Source: Candidatus Portnoybacteria bacterium (GTDB lineage Bacteria > Patescibacteriota > Minisyncoccia > Portnoybacterales > GWB1-42-6). From it: a stretch of 64,000 bases of DNA. Position 1 is the first letter of the stretch. Each line of letters opens with the position of its first letter. The stretch lies in assembly GCA_028688325.1 (NCBI GenBank), contig JAQTYI010000001.1, positions 168,820 to 232,819 on the forward strand, given 5' to 3'. Both the position numbers and the translations under genes were made by a program. This document shows, in pieces, positions 24,940 to 35,774 of the stretch. The notes under the pieces were generated by a model, which was not told where the DNA came from, did no database searches, and was given only the letters and a program-made list of their open reading frames with translations.

Positions 24940-26289
24940 TTATTGCTTTTGCTGTTTATCAAACGCTTCCCGCATAAGAAGTGTTGTTTGGGAATTGGCC
25001 TGCGTCAGAGCATCATCGGCCGCGGCTTTTCCCGCTACCACTGATTCTATCATATCGGCAAAAATCCGCTCAATGGCCAAATTGTCAATTTCCCACCAGG
25101 AAGAAGCGTAAAGCGCTTGCTCCGCAAAAACCCCAAGGCCGACATCTGATTTTTGCTCTTCTATCAAATCGCGCCGCGCGGCCGGCTTTTTGGCCGTTTT
25201 AAGATACGCGCGGCTGCTTTCCTGCGACGACAACCAGGTGACAAATTGCCAGGCGGCGGTAATATTTTTTGAGCCCTTCCCCACGGTTTGCGCCCAGTAA
25301 TTTCCCAATGTGACCTTTTTGCTGTTTTGGGATATCTGCGGCAAGGGCGCCACGCCGAAATTCAAATGCGGCGCGCGCGCCGCGATTACCGGCGCCTGGT
25401 AAGCGTAATTCAACATCATAGCCGCATTTCCTTCCACGAAAGCGTCTATGGAATAATGCTGCAGCGAATTCCAGGTGTAAACTTTAAGAGAAGGAATGGC
25501 AAAGTTGGTATAAAATATTAAGGCCTGCTTGCCGGGATTGAAAGTTTCGCTGCCCGAAAGAAATGACTGGTCAAATGTCGCGCTTCGCTTGTCGTCGGCT
25601 GTCATTTTGGCTCCGCTTTGCAGCATCAGCGCCGCCAAAATATCGGTTGAGCGATTGACATTTCTGGCCGTGCCCAAAGCCGCGCCGACTTGCAAAATAT
25701 TGTTTTTGTCATCGCGTTTGGTGAGTGTTTCCACCGCCGAGTTAAATTCCGGCCAGGTCTTGGGCGGGCTTGATATGCCGGCCGAATTCAACAAGTCCTT
25801 GTTGTAAAAAAGCGCCAGCGAGTCAACAGACAAAGGAAAGGCGTAAATTTTATTATCGTCTACAAAATCCCGGGCGGCCGCGTCAACAAAAAGAGAGCTG
25901 TATTTTTTCACATCGCCCGGGTCTTCCGATGCCGGCGCCAACTTGTCTTTGTGCTTCGGCAGCCAGCTGTTATGAATGGAAAAAATATCCGGTCCCCGGC
26001 CGGTGGCCAAAGCGTCCACCAGATCGTTTTCGTAAGAAGCGATATTTTTTTTGTAATAGTTTATCGTGACATTGGGATACAATTTTTGGTATTGCTGGAT
26101 CAGCGGCTGATAGATCTGCGAATCGTCAAACACGCTCCAGAATTCCAAAGTGACGAGAGGCGGCGCCGCTTCTTTAAAAGGATTGGCTAAAATAACCGCG
26201 CCGGTAACGACAACGATAATTCCAATAACGGCAAAGATTATTATTTTGGTTTTATCCATAAGAAATAAATCAAAAAATTTAAAAATCAA
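24940..26289 (-). CDS. ABC transporter substrate-binding protein (family 1, sugar-type).
   Basis: N-terminal transmembrane/signal segment and a periplasmic solute-binding fold of about 420 aa. The true start may be the internal MDKTKII. Confidence 0.75.
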   Translation of the reverse strand: MIFKFFDLFLMDKTKIIIFAVIGIIVVVTGAVILANPFKEAAPPLVTLEFWSVFDDSQIYQPLIQQYQKLYPNVTINYYKKNIASYENDLVDALATGRGPDIFSIHNSWLPKHKDKLAPASEDPGDVKKYSSLFVDAAARDFVDDNKIYAFPLSVDSLALFYNKDLLNSAGISSPPKTWPEFNSAVETLTKRDDKNNILQVGAALGTARNVNRSTDILAALMLQSGAKMTADDKRSATFDQSFLSGSETFNPGKQALIFYTNFAIPSLKVYTWNSLQHYSIDAFVEGNAAMMLNYAYQAPVIAARAPHLNFGVAPLPQISQNSKKVTLGNYWAQTVGKGSKNITAAWQFVTWLSSQESSRAYLKTAKKPAARRDLIEEQKSDVGLGVFAEQALYASSWWEIDNLAIERIFADMIESVVAGKAAADDALTQANSQTTLLMREAFDKQQKQ

Positions 26290-26379
26290 AGATAAAAAAT
26301 CGGATATCCCGCTGCGTGAAACTTGTTACTATGCCGCTCAGCGACGCCAAAATTTTGCTTTTTGATATTTTATTTTTAT

Positions 26380-26940
26380 TTACTGCGCCTTAAAGAATGT
26401 CAGCCCGAAATGATACCGGCCGGCATCAAAAACCCTGTTAAAAACAAATCCCGCTTCCTGCCCCAGGGCGCGGGCCTCGTCAAAAGACAAACGCCCGCCG
26501 TCACGCGGTCCGATAGCGGCCACTTCTTTTTTCCAGTCAATCAAAACAAAAGTTCCGCCCCGTTTCAGGGTTCTTCTGGCTTCTTTGATTATTTCCAATT
26601 TTTTTTGCGTCTGGAATAGAACATTGTGGAGTAAAACCAAATCCACGGAATTGTCGGGAAGGCGGGAGCCGTTGGCCGCCTCCAAATTTCCCCGCACGGT
26701 TTCTATGTTGGGTGCGTTCTCAAGCTGGGCGCGCGAACGCACAGCTTCCAGCGCCTCAAGCAGAATGTCTACCGCGTAGACCTTGCCTTCCTTGCCGACA
26801 AGTTTCGCCACGGGAATTGTAAAATAGCCGTGGCCGCAGCCAAAATCGGCCACTTTCGCGCCCTCTTTGAGGCCTATCTGTTCAATTACCTTTTGGGGAT
26901 TGATGAAACCCCCTGTTCCCGACGGCAATTTTTCCTCCAT
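26380..26940 (-). CDS. Class I SAM-dependent methyltransferase.
   Basis: VADFGCGHGYFT is motif I; VDLVLLHNVL is motif II. Confidence 0.8.
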   Translation of the reverse strand: MEEKLPSGTGGFINPQKVIEQIGLKEGAKVADFGCGHGYFTIPVAKLVGKEGKVYAVDILLEALEAVRSRAQLENAPNIETVRGNLEAANGSRLPDNSVDLVLLHNVLFQTQKKLEIIKEARRTLKRGGTFVLIDWKKEVAAIGPRDGGRLSFDEARALGQEAGFVFNRVFDAGRYHFGLTFFKAQ

Positions 26941-27216
26941 AAGAATTTTATTAATCTCAAGTGAGGATTCACTTTTCTGAAACGCTCAGTTTTGCGAGCG
27001 GGCATGGTTCCGCCATAGGCGGAGAGCGAGCAAAACTGGCGAGTGAAATTTTCCACGCCGGGGAAAATTTCACGATTTCAGGAAGTTAATCCGAGCGAAT
27101 ATTTTATCGTCGCGCGGCGGTTTTTCTGGTTCTCTGGCGTCTACCCCGTAATTTATACGGGGCCCGGGCAAAAGAGAACGAAACAATTTCACGATTTTAA
27201 AAAGTAAATCCGAGTG

Positions 27217-29727
27217 TTATATGCATGTCACCGACGCCACCTTGTCTCCCGCCTCCAGCTTCATTATCCGAACGCCCTGCGTGGCTCGGCCCAAAGATGG
27301 AATTGAACCCAAAGATGTCCTGATGACCTGGCCGCGCTGAGAAATTGCAATAATGTCTTCCAGCCCCGCCTCTAAAATTTCGGCTGCCACGATGGGACCG
27401 GTCTTTGGCGTTACCTGCGCCGCTTTGATGCCCGACCCCCCGCGGCGCTGAATTTTGAATTGTTTTAAATCCGTCTTTTTCCCGTAGCCGTTCTCCATAA
27501 CAACCAGTAATTCTTGGCTTCCTGTTTTTTCCGAATTTTCATTTTGACTTTTGAGTTTTGAGTTTTGAGTTTTAACTATATCCATACCGACTACCATATC
27601 GCCTTTTTTCAGGCGCAAACCGCGCACGCCACCGGCTCCGCGTCCCATGGGCCGGGCGTCTTTTTCCTTAAAGCGCACGCTCTGGCCTTTGGCCGTGACC
27701 AAAATTATCTCATCGCTGCCCGATGACAGCTTAACCCAGCGCAGAAAATCATCCTTGCCCAACTTTATGGCGATAAGCCCCGAACGGCGAACATTGGAAA
27801 AGTCCTCAATGTGCGTTTTCTTTATTATACCATCTTTCGTGGTCATCACCAGATAATTTTCATCCCCATTGGTTCCGGTCGTTTTTGCCTCGCCCTTTTT
27901 CTTGTTTTTGAGATTTTCTTTCAACGCCACCAGCGCGTTGACTTCTTCTTTGGGCGCCAATTCCAAAAAGTTGACGATGGCTTGCCCGCGCGCCACGCGG
28001 CTGGCTTCGGGAATTTCGTAGGCCTTGGTCTGGAAGACCCGGCCGGTGTTGGTGAAAAACAGCAAATTATCGTGCGTGTTCACGCAAGCCAGATATTTCA
28101 CCATATCCTCTTCGCGCGTGGTGATGCCCGATACCCCCTTGCCGCCCCGGTGCTGGGGCTTGTAATTTTTGGGGCTCATTCGCTTAACATATCCCCCATC
28201 GGTAAGAGCGATAATGCAATCTTCTTCCGGAATAAGGTCCTCTTCCTTGAATTCTCCGACCGGTGAAATGAAGACCTTGGTGCGCCGCTCGTCGCCGAAT
28301 TTGGCTTTCAGATACGCCAGTTCGTCCTTGATGACGCCCAAGATTTTTTTGGGCGATTTCAACAATTCTTCCAATTCGGCGATTATCTGTTTTTTCTCTT
28401 TCAATTCATCCTCTATCTTTTTGCGCTCCAGGCCCGCCAGGGTCTGCAACTTCATTTCCAAGATGGCGGTGGATTGCAAATCGCTCAATTTGAATTTTTT
28501 GCAAAGTTCGCTATGCGCTTCTTCCTTGTTGGCGGATTTCTTGATGGTGGAAATTATCGCATCGATATGATCCAGCGCTTTTTTCAGGCCTTCCAATATA
28601 TGCGCCCGATCCTTGGCGCGTTGCAGGTCGAATTTGGTGCGCCGCGTAACGACATTATAGCGATGTTCCACATACTGCTCCAAAAATGATTTGAGCGACA
28701 AAACCTGCGGCTGCAGGCCGTCAACTAAAGCCAGCATATTCAAGTGGAATGTTTTTTGCAGATCCGTCAGTTTGTAAAGGCGGTTCAGTGTTTTTTGCGG
28801 ATAGGCCTCGCTCTTAAGATCAATGACGATGCGCACGCCGTCTTTGTCCGATTCATCGCGAATATCTTTGATGCCGTCAACTTTTTTCTCTTTAACGAGT
28901 TCCGCCATCGTTTCCAGCAACGACGATTTGTTTACCTGATAAGGAATTTCCGAAACAACTATCTGCTTGGCGCCTTTTTTATCTTCAATGATTTCGGCGA
29001 TGGCGCGGTTGACTATCGCTCCTTTGCCGGTTGAATATGATTGCACGATTGCCTGACGATCATAAATGGCTCCGCCGGTCGGAAAATCCGGCCCCTTGAT
29101 AAATTTTGTCAGATCCTCGGAGGTGGCTTTGGGATTTTCAATAAGATAGTTTATGCCATCCACCAGTTCCCCCAGGTTATGGGGCGGGATTGAAGTGGCC
29201 ATACCCACGGCGATGCCCAAAGAGCCGTTCAGCAAAAGCTGCGGCAATTTTGAAGGCAAAACCAAGGGCTCTTTGCGGGTGCCATCATAATTATCCGTCC
29301 AAGCAATCGTATCCTTATCTATGTCCAGCATCATCTCTTCGGCCAGCGCAGTCATGCGGCACTCGGTATAACGCATAGCCGCGGCGCCGTCGCCATCGAG
29401 CGAGCCGAAATTTCCCTGCCCTTGAACGAGCGGATATCTCATGGAAAAATCCTGCGCCATGCGCACCATACTTTCATAAACCGCGCTGTCGCCATGAGGA
29501 TGGTATTTTCCCAGCACTTCGCCGACGACCAGGGCTGATTTTCTGAGCTTGGCGCTGGAGCGCAGGCCCATATCCCACATCGCGTACAAAATCCGGCGAT
29601 GCACCGGCTTTAACCCGTCTCGGACATCCGGCAGCGCCCGGCCCACGATAACGCTCATGGCGTAGTCCAAATAACAGGTTTGCATTTCCTGGACTATTTC
29701 CTGGGGTTTGACATTTCCTATTTCCAT
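27217..29727 (-). CDS. gyrA: DNA gyrase subunit A.
   Basis: [23 protein letters not shown], the active-site Tyr region and the C-terminal beta-pinwheel repeats are present. [17 protein letters not shown] low-complexity insertion is also present. Confidence 0.95.
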   Translation of the reverse strand: MEIGNVKPQEIVQEMQTCYLDYAMSVIVGRALPDVRDGLKPVHRRILYAMWDMGLRSSAKLRKSALVVGEVLGKYHPHGDSAVYESMVRMAQDFSMRYPLVQGQGNFGSLDGDGAAAMRYTECRMTALAEEMMLDIDKDTIAWTDNYDGTRKEPLVLPSKLPQLLLNGSLGIAVGMATSIPPHNLGELVDGINYLIENPKATSEDLTKFIKGPDFPTGGAIYDRQAIVQSYSTGKGAIVNRAIAEIIEDKKGAKQIVVSEIPYQVNKSSLLETMAELVKEKKVDGIKDIRDESDKDGVRIVIDLKSEAYPQKTLNRLYKLTDLQKTFHLNMLALVDGLQPQVLSLKSFLEQYVEHRYNVVTRRTKFDLQRAKDRAHILEGLKKALDHIDAIISTIKKSANKEEAHSELCKKFKLSDLQSTAILEMKLQTLAGLERKKIEDELKEKKQIIAELEELLKSPKKILGVIKDELAYLKAKFGDERRTKVFISPVGEFKEEDLIPEEDCIIALTDGGYVKRMSPKNYKPQHRGGKGVSGITTREEDMVKYLACVNTHDNLLFFTNTGRVFQTKAYEIPEASRVARGQAIVNFLELAPKEEVNALVALKENLKNKKKGEAKTTGTNGDENYLVMTTKDGIIKKTHIEDFSNVRRSGLIAIKLGKDDFLRWVKLSSGSDEIILVTAKGQSVRFKEKDARPMGRGAGGVRGLRLKKGDMVVGMDIVKTQNSKLKSQNENSEKTGSQELLVVMENGYGKKTDLKQFKIQRRGGSGIKAAQVTPKTGPIVAAEILEAGLEDIIAISQRGQVIRTSLGSIPSLGRATQGVRIMKLEAGDKVASVTCI

Positions 29728-29839
29728 AGTATCGCTGAACCACGCAGAACAGTACGCTGAACTGCGCAGAACTTAATTATTATAATATCATTTTTCACTC
29801 CGCGTTTTTCCGCGTGGTGTTCCGCTTGGTTCCGCGGTT

Positions 29840-30187
29840 TTATTCCAATGGCAATTTTTCCGTCGACTGCTGCGCTGGGCTATCTTGCGGCGCGGGGTTG
29901 GGACTTACGGCCACATCGCTTTTCACCGTATCGATAACGCTGCCGACGCCGGCGCTCAAGCTCTGCCAAAGCCCGGGCATTTCCTTTTTTATCTCGCCCA
30001 ATTTTTTCAACTGGTCGTTGCCGGCGTTATTTTGCGGTGCCGTTTGCGCCAATAACGCGCTCAGAGACCAAAGCCAAAAACCGAAAATAATGACCGCGCC
30101 GACGGTCGCGCTCGCCCACATTATCTGCACCCTGATATGGCGGGGCTTTTTTTGCAATTTTTCTATGAAATCAATAACGGACACCAT
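29840..30187 (-). CDS. Hypothetical single-pass membrane protein.
   Basis: 115-aa ORF between gyrA and the MBL-fold gene, with one transmembrane helix. Confidence 0.4.
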   Translation of the reverse strand: MVSVIDFIEKLQKKPRHIRVQIMWASATVGAVIIFGFWLWSLSALLAQTAPQNNAGNDQLKKLGEIKKEMPGLWQSLSAGVGSVIDTVKSDVAVSPNPAPQDSPAQQSTEKLPLE

Positions 30188-30248
30188 TATATGCGAATTT
30201 CAGCGAATTTAAAACGAATAAATTCGCTTTAAATTAGTTAAAATTCGT

Positions 30249-30887
30249 TTATATGCGCATTGTAATCACTTGCATATCCCCTTCCGGCAAGTCCTTTTTT
30301 TTCAAGGTTAATTTATCCACCGTTTCTTTTTTGGCAACGCCCATTTCTTTCAAAAACGCGTCAACGCCTTCAATCTTGGAAGTCAGTCCGGGAATTTTAT
30401 AATGCATAGGAATCACGATCCTGGGTTCGATCTGATTGATTATCTCGGCCGCCATTTCTTCGTCTATGGTATAGGTGCCGCCCACAGGAATCATCAGAAT
30501 ATCGACTCCGTCTATTTTTTCCACCTGCTCGGCCGTCAACTTTGCCTGCCCCAAATCCCCCAAATGGCAGATCTTCATGCCTTCCATATCAATTATATAT
30601 ATGGTATTGGTGCCCCGCTCTTTTCCTTCTTTATCATCATGGAAGGACAGGATGCCCTTGATATCCACACCTTTGGACTCATATTCCCCCGGCTCGTCAA
30701 TGACCAGCGAGCCGCCGTTTATCGCCTCGCTGTTGTTGTGGTCGAAATGATTGTGGGAAATGGTGACGATATTGGCTTGCCCGCGCGGCGGCGTCAAACC
30801 AATCTCCTTGGCAAAAGGGTCGGTAAAAAGCACCGTCTCCCCGCTTTGAATTTTGAAACAAGATTGTCCGTACCAGGTGATTACCAT
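30249..30887 (-). CDS. MBL-fold metallo-hydrolase.
   Basis: HNHFDHN and the downstream His/Asp ligands are present. Confidence 0.8.
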   Translation of the reverse strand: MVITWYGQSCFKIQSGETVLFTDPFAKEIGLTPPRGQANIVTISHNHFDHNNSEAINGGSLVIDEPGEYESKGVDIKGILSFHDDKEGKERGTNTIYIIDMEGMKICHLGDLGQAKLTAEQVEKIDGVDILMIPVGGTYTIDEEMAAEIINQIEPRIVIPMHYKIPGLTSKIEGVDAFLKEMGVAKKETVDKLTLKKKDLPEGDMQVITMRI

Positions 30888-31180
30888 AGTGTTCGCGAAT
30901 AACGCTAATTAAAGGCGAATAATCCTAATGGATATTATTCGCATCATTAGTTATTTAATTCGCATTATTGGCGATTACTATTCAATTTTATCATAAAAAT
31001 TTTATCTTGCCAACACCCGATTTTGTCATTCCGGCCTCCCGCCTCTTCCCGTGCTCAAAAAATTATCCAAATAAAAAAAACCGGCAGGCGGTATCCATTT
31101 TTTGGAGACAAACCTGCCGGGGAAAATACTGCTTTTTAACAAGACGCCGATATCGCCCTCGGCAACGGGATACAGGGAGA

Positions 31181-31846
31181 TCAGCTCATCAGAAAGGCAA
31201 TCAAACTCGCCACCATTAACAAGAAATACACCGAGGAAAAAACTTTAAAAACTTTCTTACTCCATTCGACGGCGGCGGCGAAGGCGGCGAAGGCGAAGGC
31301 GGCGAAAGCGAAGGCGGTGGCGGCGGTGGCGGGGGCGGCGGCGGCGATGGCGGCGAAAGCGAAGGCGGTGGCGGCGGTGGCGGGGGCGGCGATGGCGGCG
31401 GCGGCATTGAATTTTCTAAAAAATACCGACATCCCCATCAGAACGACCGACAACACCCACAACACCAGATAGGGGCTAAACTTAATCTTCGGCTCCCCCT
31501 CAACGCCGCGCACCAGATGTATGCCTTGGGCATCGTAGATGATGCCTACAACCACGACAGGAGTATTCTTGATATGGAATAATCCTTCACGGGCAAACCG
31601 CACCTCTTCTGGCTTAACCGGCACGACGACGCCCGGTTTGGCATACGCCTGTTTCCAGGCGTCGCCGTAGGCGAGGACATCGTCGGCAATAACAACCCTC
31701 GTCTGCTTCCACTGTTCCGGCGGGCGGGAAGCCCGCAATCCGCCATTGCTCCCCACCTCAACGGTGGCGGCGCCGGCGATACCAACAAACACGATAACGG
31801 CAATGGCGATAAACATCATCACAACAGCTCTTCGCGCTTTCTTCAT
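31181..31846 (-). CDS. Hypothetical membrane protein with an Ala-rich tandem-repeat tail.
   Basis: N-terminal signal/transmembrane segment. AAIAAPATAATAFAFA repeats are encoded by a GC-rich tandem DNA repeat at 31262..31400. Confidence 0.5.
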   Translation of the reverse strand: MKKARRAVVMMFIAIAVIVFVGIAGAATVEVGSNGGLRASRPPEQWKQTRVVIADDVLAYGDAWKQAYAKPGVVVPVKPEEVRFAREGLFHIKNTPVVVVGIIYDAQGIHLVRGVEGEPKIKFSPYLVLWVLSVVLMGMSVFFRKFNAAAAIAAPATAATAFAFAAIAAAAPATAATAFAFAAFAFAAFAAAVEWSKKVFKVFSSVYFLLMVASLIAFLMS

Positions 31847-32010
31847 CTCATTCTCCTTTCTCTCTGTTTTTCCAGTCCGTTCCTTATTAGTGCTCTAAAA
31901 TAGAGCTTTTTAAGTTGCTACCCGTTAGCTTTTTCTGTTTTTTTATTTTAACATACCTGACCTATATTTGTCAATAGTTGAACTGGAATTCCCGAAATCC
32001 GCGCCTCTTG

Positions 32011-32080
32011 CCAGGAAGTAGAAATTCGGCCCTATACTGATTTTGTCGCCTACGGCGACAGCTGAATTTTCACTTCCTGG
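32011..32080 (+). promoter_or_regulatory. Conserved inverted-repeat element upstream of rpsA (copy 1 of 2).
   Basis: CCAGGAAGTAGAAATTCGGC ... GCTGAATTTTCACTTCCTGG with an inner hairpin GTCGCCTACGGCGAC. Homologous to 39448..39516 upstream of hup. Confidence 0.45.
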
Positions 32081-32328
32081 CTTGCCAAAAATTCTCTTTT
32101 ACCTTATACTAACCGAGTATTAAGCGCCGAAAAAACATTGCGAATAAGAAATAACAAGGTGATTTTCTCCTCCTCTTAATTTAAGAGGAGGCCGGGAGGA
32201 GTTATAATCTGCAATCTTTTAATTTATAACTCACCCTAACCCTCTCTTAACTTAAGAGAGGGAATAATTCCCTTTTAATCAAATTCGTATATTATAATAA
32301 TTAAAAAACGGCGTTATTATCGTTTTAA

Positions 32329-33516
32329 ATGACAGCTAAATCAAAAGTTAAAACAAAAGCAGCGGAGGAACCGAAAAAATCAGTTATGACCGGGCTTCTG
32401 GCCCAGTCCCCCAAAACCCCCAAGTTGGGCGAAATCGTTACCGGCAAAGTTTTAGAGGTCAGCCGGAGCACAGTTTTCATCGATCTGGGAGCGGCGGGCA
32501 CCGGCGTGCTGCTGGGCCGCGAAATAAAAGAAAACCGCAATTTAATCAAGTCCTTAAAGCCCGGCGACGAGATATCGGCCATGGTGCTTGAGGCAGAAAA
32601 TGAGAACGGCTTTGTTGAGCTTTCCTTGCAGGCGGCTCATCGGGAGCAGTCATGGGATGTGCTCAGAAAAATATCGGCTAGCCAAGAAATCGTCAAAGCC
32701 AGAGTCACCGCAGCCAATCGAGGCGGTTTGATGATAGAACTCAGCGGAGTGGCCGGGTTTTTGCCGGTTTCGCAATTATCCCACGAACATTATCCGAGAG
32801 TGGAAGACGGAGACAAAAACAAGATCCTGCAGGAATTGAACAAATTCATCAACAAAGAAATGGAAGTCCGCATCCTTGATGTCGACCCCAGCCAGCAAAA
32901 ATTGATAGTTTCCGAAAAAGCCGTTGGAGAAGAAAAAGTCCGCCAGGCGCTTTCGCAATACCAGATGGGCGAACTGGTGGAAGGAACGATTTCCGGCGTA
33001 GTGGACTTTGGCGCTTTCGTGCGCTTCCCTCTTAAAGGAACCGAGGCGCAGGCCAAACCGGAAATGATAGAAGGCCTCATCCATATTTCCGAAATTGATT
33101 GGCAGCTGATAGAAGATCCGCGCCAGCTTTTGCACGCGGGCCAGAAAGTTACCGCCAAAATAATCGGCATAGAAAAAGACCGGCTGTCGCTTTCTCTCAA
33201 GGCCCTGAAAAAAGACCCGTGGCAAAACATTGAAGGCAGATACGCCAAAGACCAGATCGTTAAAGGCGAAGTCACCAAGATAAACACCTTCGGCGCTTTT
33301 GTTCAATTGGATAAAGATATCCACGGACTCGTGCATGTTTCGGATTTCGGCTCTCCTGACATCATGAACAAGCAGCTCCAGAGCGGCCAAAAATACGACT
33401 TCAAGATCGTTTCTATCGAACCGGCCGTCCATAAAATGGCGTTGTCGCTGGTCAGGCCGGAAAGCGCGGCCAAAGCGGAATCGGCCGCGGAAACCGAAAC
33501 TCCAAAAACCGAATAA
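32329..33516 (+). CDS. rpsA: 30S ribosomal protein S1.
   Basis: Four S1 domains. Confidence 0.85.
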   Translation: MTAKSKVKTKAAEEPKKSVMTGLLAQSPKTPKLGEIVTGKVLEVSRSTVFIDLGAAGTGVLLGREIKENRNLIKSLKPGDEISAMVLEAENENGFVELSLQAAHREQSWDVLRKISASQEIVKARVTAANRGGLMIELSGVAGFLPVSQLSHEHYPRVEDGDKNKILQELNKFINKEMEVRILDVDPSQQKLIVSEKAVGEEKVRQALSQYQMGELVEGTISGVVDFGAFVRFPLKGTEAQAKPEMIEGLIHISEIDWQLIEDPRQLLHAGQKVTAKIIGIEKDRLSLSLKALKKDPWQNIEGRYAKDQIVKGEVTKINTFGAFVQLDKDIHGLVHVSDFGSPDIMNKQLQSGQKYDFKIVSIEPAVHKMALSLVRPESAAKAESAAETETPKTE

Positions 33517-33620
33517 ATAAATTAACTACTAAATACTAATTTTTTACGAATATACGAAAACCGCTAATTTTTTATTGCAGATTTAGTATATTCGTATAGT
33601 TTCGTATTTGGTAGTGCACC

Positions 33621-35444
33621 ATGAAGAACCTTCTCAAAAATTTCTTCATCATCCTGGTTTTGTTCATCCTGATCTCAGGCGTTTTTTCGATGCTGGGCAA
33701 CCCCAAGAACACCCCTAAAATCGTTTCGCTGACCGAACTCGCCCAGCAGATAAACAACGGCCAGATCGATAAAATCACGGTCAACGATCAGGATCTGGCC
33801 GTATCACTTAAAAATTCCACCACCACCGAGGCCTCAACCAAAGAGCTGGAATCGGGGCTCACCGAATCGTTGAAAAATTACGGCGTCGACCCGGCCAAGC
33901 TCCAGCAAGTGCAAATCGACATCCAGCAAGCCAGCGGCTGGAAATACTGGCTCAGCAACATCATTTTCCCCTTCGTGCTTCCGCTGGCGCTGATGGGCTT
34001 GTTTTTATGGTTCATGATGCGCCAGGCCAAACAAGGCGCGGGCCAGAATTTCGGCTTCACCAAATCTTTGGCGCGGCTGATAATGCCCGAGGATAAAAAA
34101 CAGCAGACCAGCTTTGCCGATGTGGCCGGGCTCAAAGAAGCCAAGCAAGAATTGGACGAAGTGGTTGACTTCCTAAAAAGCCCCGGCAAATTCATCGAAA
34201 TAGGCGCCAAAATTCCCAAAGGTGTTTTGCTCATCGGCCCCCCGGGCTGCGGCAAGACATTGCTGGCGCGCGCGGTTTCCGGCGAAGCCAATGTGCCCTT
34301 CTTCCATATTTCTGGCTCGGAATTTGTGGAGCTTTTCGTGGGCGTTGGCAGCGCGCGGGTGCGCGATCTTTTTCAGAACGCCAAAAAGAACAGCCCGTGT
34401 ATAATTTTCATCGATGAGCTGGATGCCATCGGCAGGCAACGCGGCGCCGGCCTTGGCGGCGGACACGACGAAAGAGAGCAGACGCTAAATCAAATACTGG
34501 TGGAAATGGACGGATTTGAAGCAAACAACGGCGTGGTGGTTTTGGCCGCCACCAACCGGCCGGATATTCTGGACTCGGCCCTGTTGCGCCCCGGCCGTTT
34601 TGACCGGCGCGTGATGCTGGACTTGCCGGATATCAACGACCGCGAAGACATTCTGAAAATCCACGCCAAAAACAAACCTTTAACACCCGATGTTAATTTG
34701 CGCCAGATCGCCGAGCGCACACCCGGATTTTCCGGCGCCGACTTGGCCAATTTGGTCAACGAGGCCTCAATTTCCGCGGCCCGGCAGAACAAGAAAGAAG
34801 TGCATATGTCGGACTTGATCGATTCCATTGAAAAGGTCTTGTTGGGCCCCGAGAGGAAAAGCCATATTCTCTCAATTGATGAGAAAAAAATCGCGGCCTA
34901 TCATGAAGCCGGCCACGCGTTGGTGGCCGCCTCCCTCCCCCACACTGACCCCGTGCGCAAGGTCTCTATCATCGCCCGCGGACAGGCCGCCGGCTACACT
35001 TTGAAATTGCCGGAAATTGACAAGCATTTGCACAGTAAAACGGAATTTATTGAAGAGCTATCAGTCCTTTTGGGCGGCTACTACGCCGAGAAACTGGTCT
35101 TTGACGAGATAACCACCGGCGCGGGCAACGATTTGGAAAAAACCACGGACCTGGCCAGACGCTTGGTTATGCGCTACGGGATGTCGGAAAAACTCGGACC
35201 CCGGACTTTCGGAGAAACAGAGGATATGGTATTTTTGGGCAAAGAGATAACCACGGAAAAAAATTACTCCGAGCATGTGGCTCAGGAAATCGACAGTGAA
35301 GTCCATGCGTTCATTGATAACGCCGCCAAGGCCGCGCAAAAGATACTGACGGAAAAACGCGCCCTGTTGGATAAGATAGCCAACCGGCTGATCGAAAAAG
35401 AAACAATAGAGAAAGAGGAGTTTGAAGAGTTGATGAAAGGATAA
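33621..35444 (+). CDS. ftsH: ATP-dependent zinc metalloprotease FtsH.
   Basis: Two transmembrane helices, AAA Walker A (GPPGCGKT), SRH, and the HEAGHA zinc motif. Confidence 0.95.
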   Translation: MKNLLKNFFIILVLFILISGVFSMLGNPKNTPKIVSLTELAQQINNGQIDKITVNDQDLAVSLKNSTTTEASTKELESGLTESLKNYGVDPAKLQQVQIDIQQASGWKYWLSNIIFPFVLPLALMGLFLWFMMRQAKQGAGQNFGFTKSLARLIMPEDKKQQTSFADVAGLKEAKQELDEVVDFLKSPGKFIEIGAKIPKGVLLIGPPGCGKTLLARAVSGEANVPFFHISGSEFVELFVGVGSARVRDLFQNAKKNSPCIIFIDELDAIGRQRGAGLGGGHDEREQTLNQILVEMDGFEANNGVVVLAATNRPDILDSALLRPGRFDRRVMLDLPDINDREDILKIHAKNKPLTPDVNLRQIAERTPGFSGADLANLVNEASISAARQNKKEVHMSDLIDSIEKVLLGPERKSHILSIDEKKIAAYHEAGHALVAASLPHTDPVRKVSIIARGQAAGYTLKLPEIDKHLHSKTEFIEELSVLLGGYYAEKLVFDEITTGAGNDLEKTTDLARRLVMRYGMSEKLGPRTFGETEDMVFLGKEITTEKNYSEHVAQEIDSEVHAFIDNAAKAAQKILTEKRALLDKIANRLIEKETIEKEEFEELMKG

Positions 35445-35472
35445 TTAACTCAACTTTGACCCGCTATCTTTT

Positions 35473-35544
35473 GGGCGTGTAGCTCAATGGTAGAGCACGA
35501 AGCTTATACCTTCGCGGTTCTAGGTTCGAATCCTAGCGCGCCCA
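35473..35544 (+). tRNA. tRNA with anticodon TAT (Ile-UAU type), flanked by a perfect 15-bp leader/trailer inverted repeat.
   Basis: Acceptor stem GGGCGTG/CGCGCCC, anticodon stem-loop CGAAG-CTTATAC-CTTCG, T-loop TTCGAAT. The flanks are GACCCGCTATCTTTT and AAAAGATAGCGGGTC. Confidence 0.6.
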
Positions 35545-35774
35545 CCCCAAAAGATAGCGGGTCAAAGCATAGCGCTGGTTCTGGGCCCGCCCTGTTAGAA
35601 ATTATTGAATAGCTTATTTTCACGCTAAAATTTATTCTGGAAATAGCTTGTTTTATTAGATTAGAAATTACTTTATAATTTCTAACAGGGTGAAAATCAT
35701 AGCGCGCGCACCGCGTAAAACCCCGCCTTAGCGGGGTCACGCAGCGCAGCCCCGTAAAAAATTAACAAAAATTT

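Noticed and set aside
31262-31400. A possible CRISPR array among the tandem and palindromic repeats (here and at the MITE-like copies).
   Set aside because: There is no regular repeat-spacer periodicity of 25-40 nt repeats with unique spacers anywhere in the window. The repeats are either directly tandem with no spacers, or dispersed single palindromes.
31216-31407. Poly-proline ORF (MPPPPSPPPPPPPPP...).
   Set aside because: It is the alternate frame of the GC-rich tandem repeat. The in-frame product of the longer 31181..31846 ORF, an Ala-rich tail with an N-terminal membrane anchor, is more plausible.
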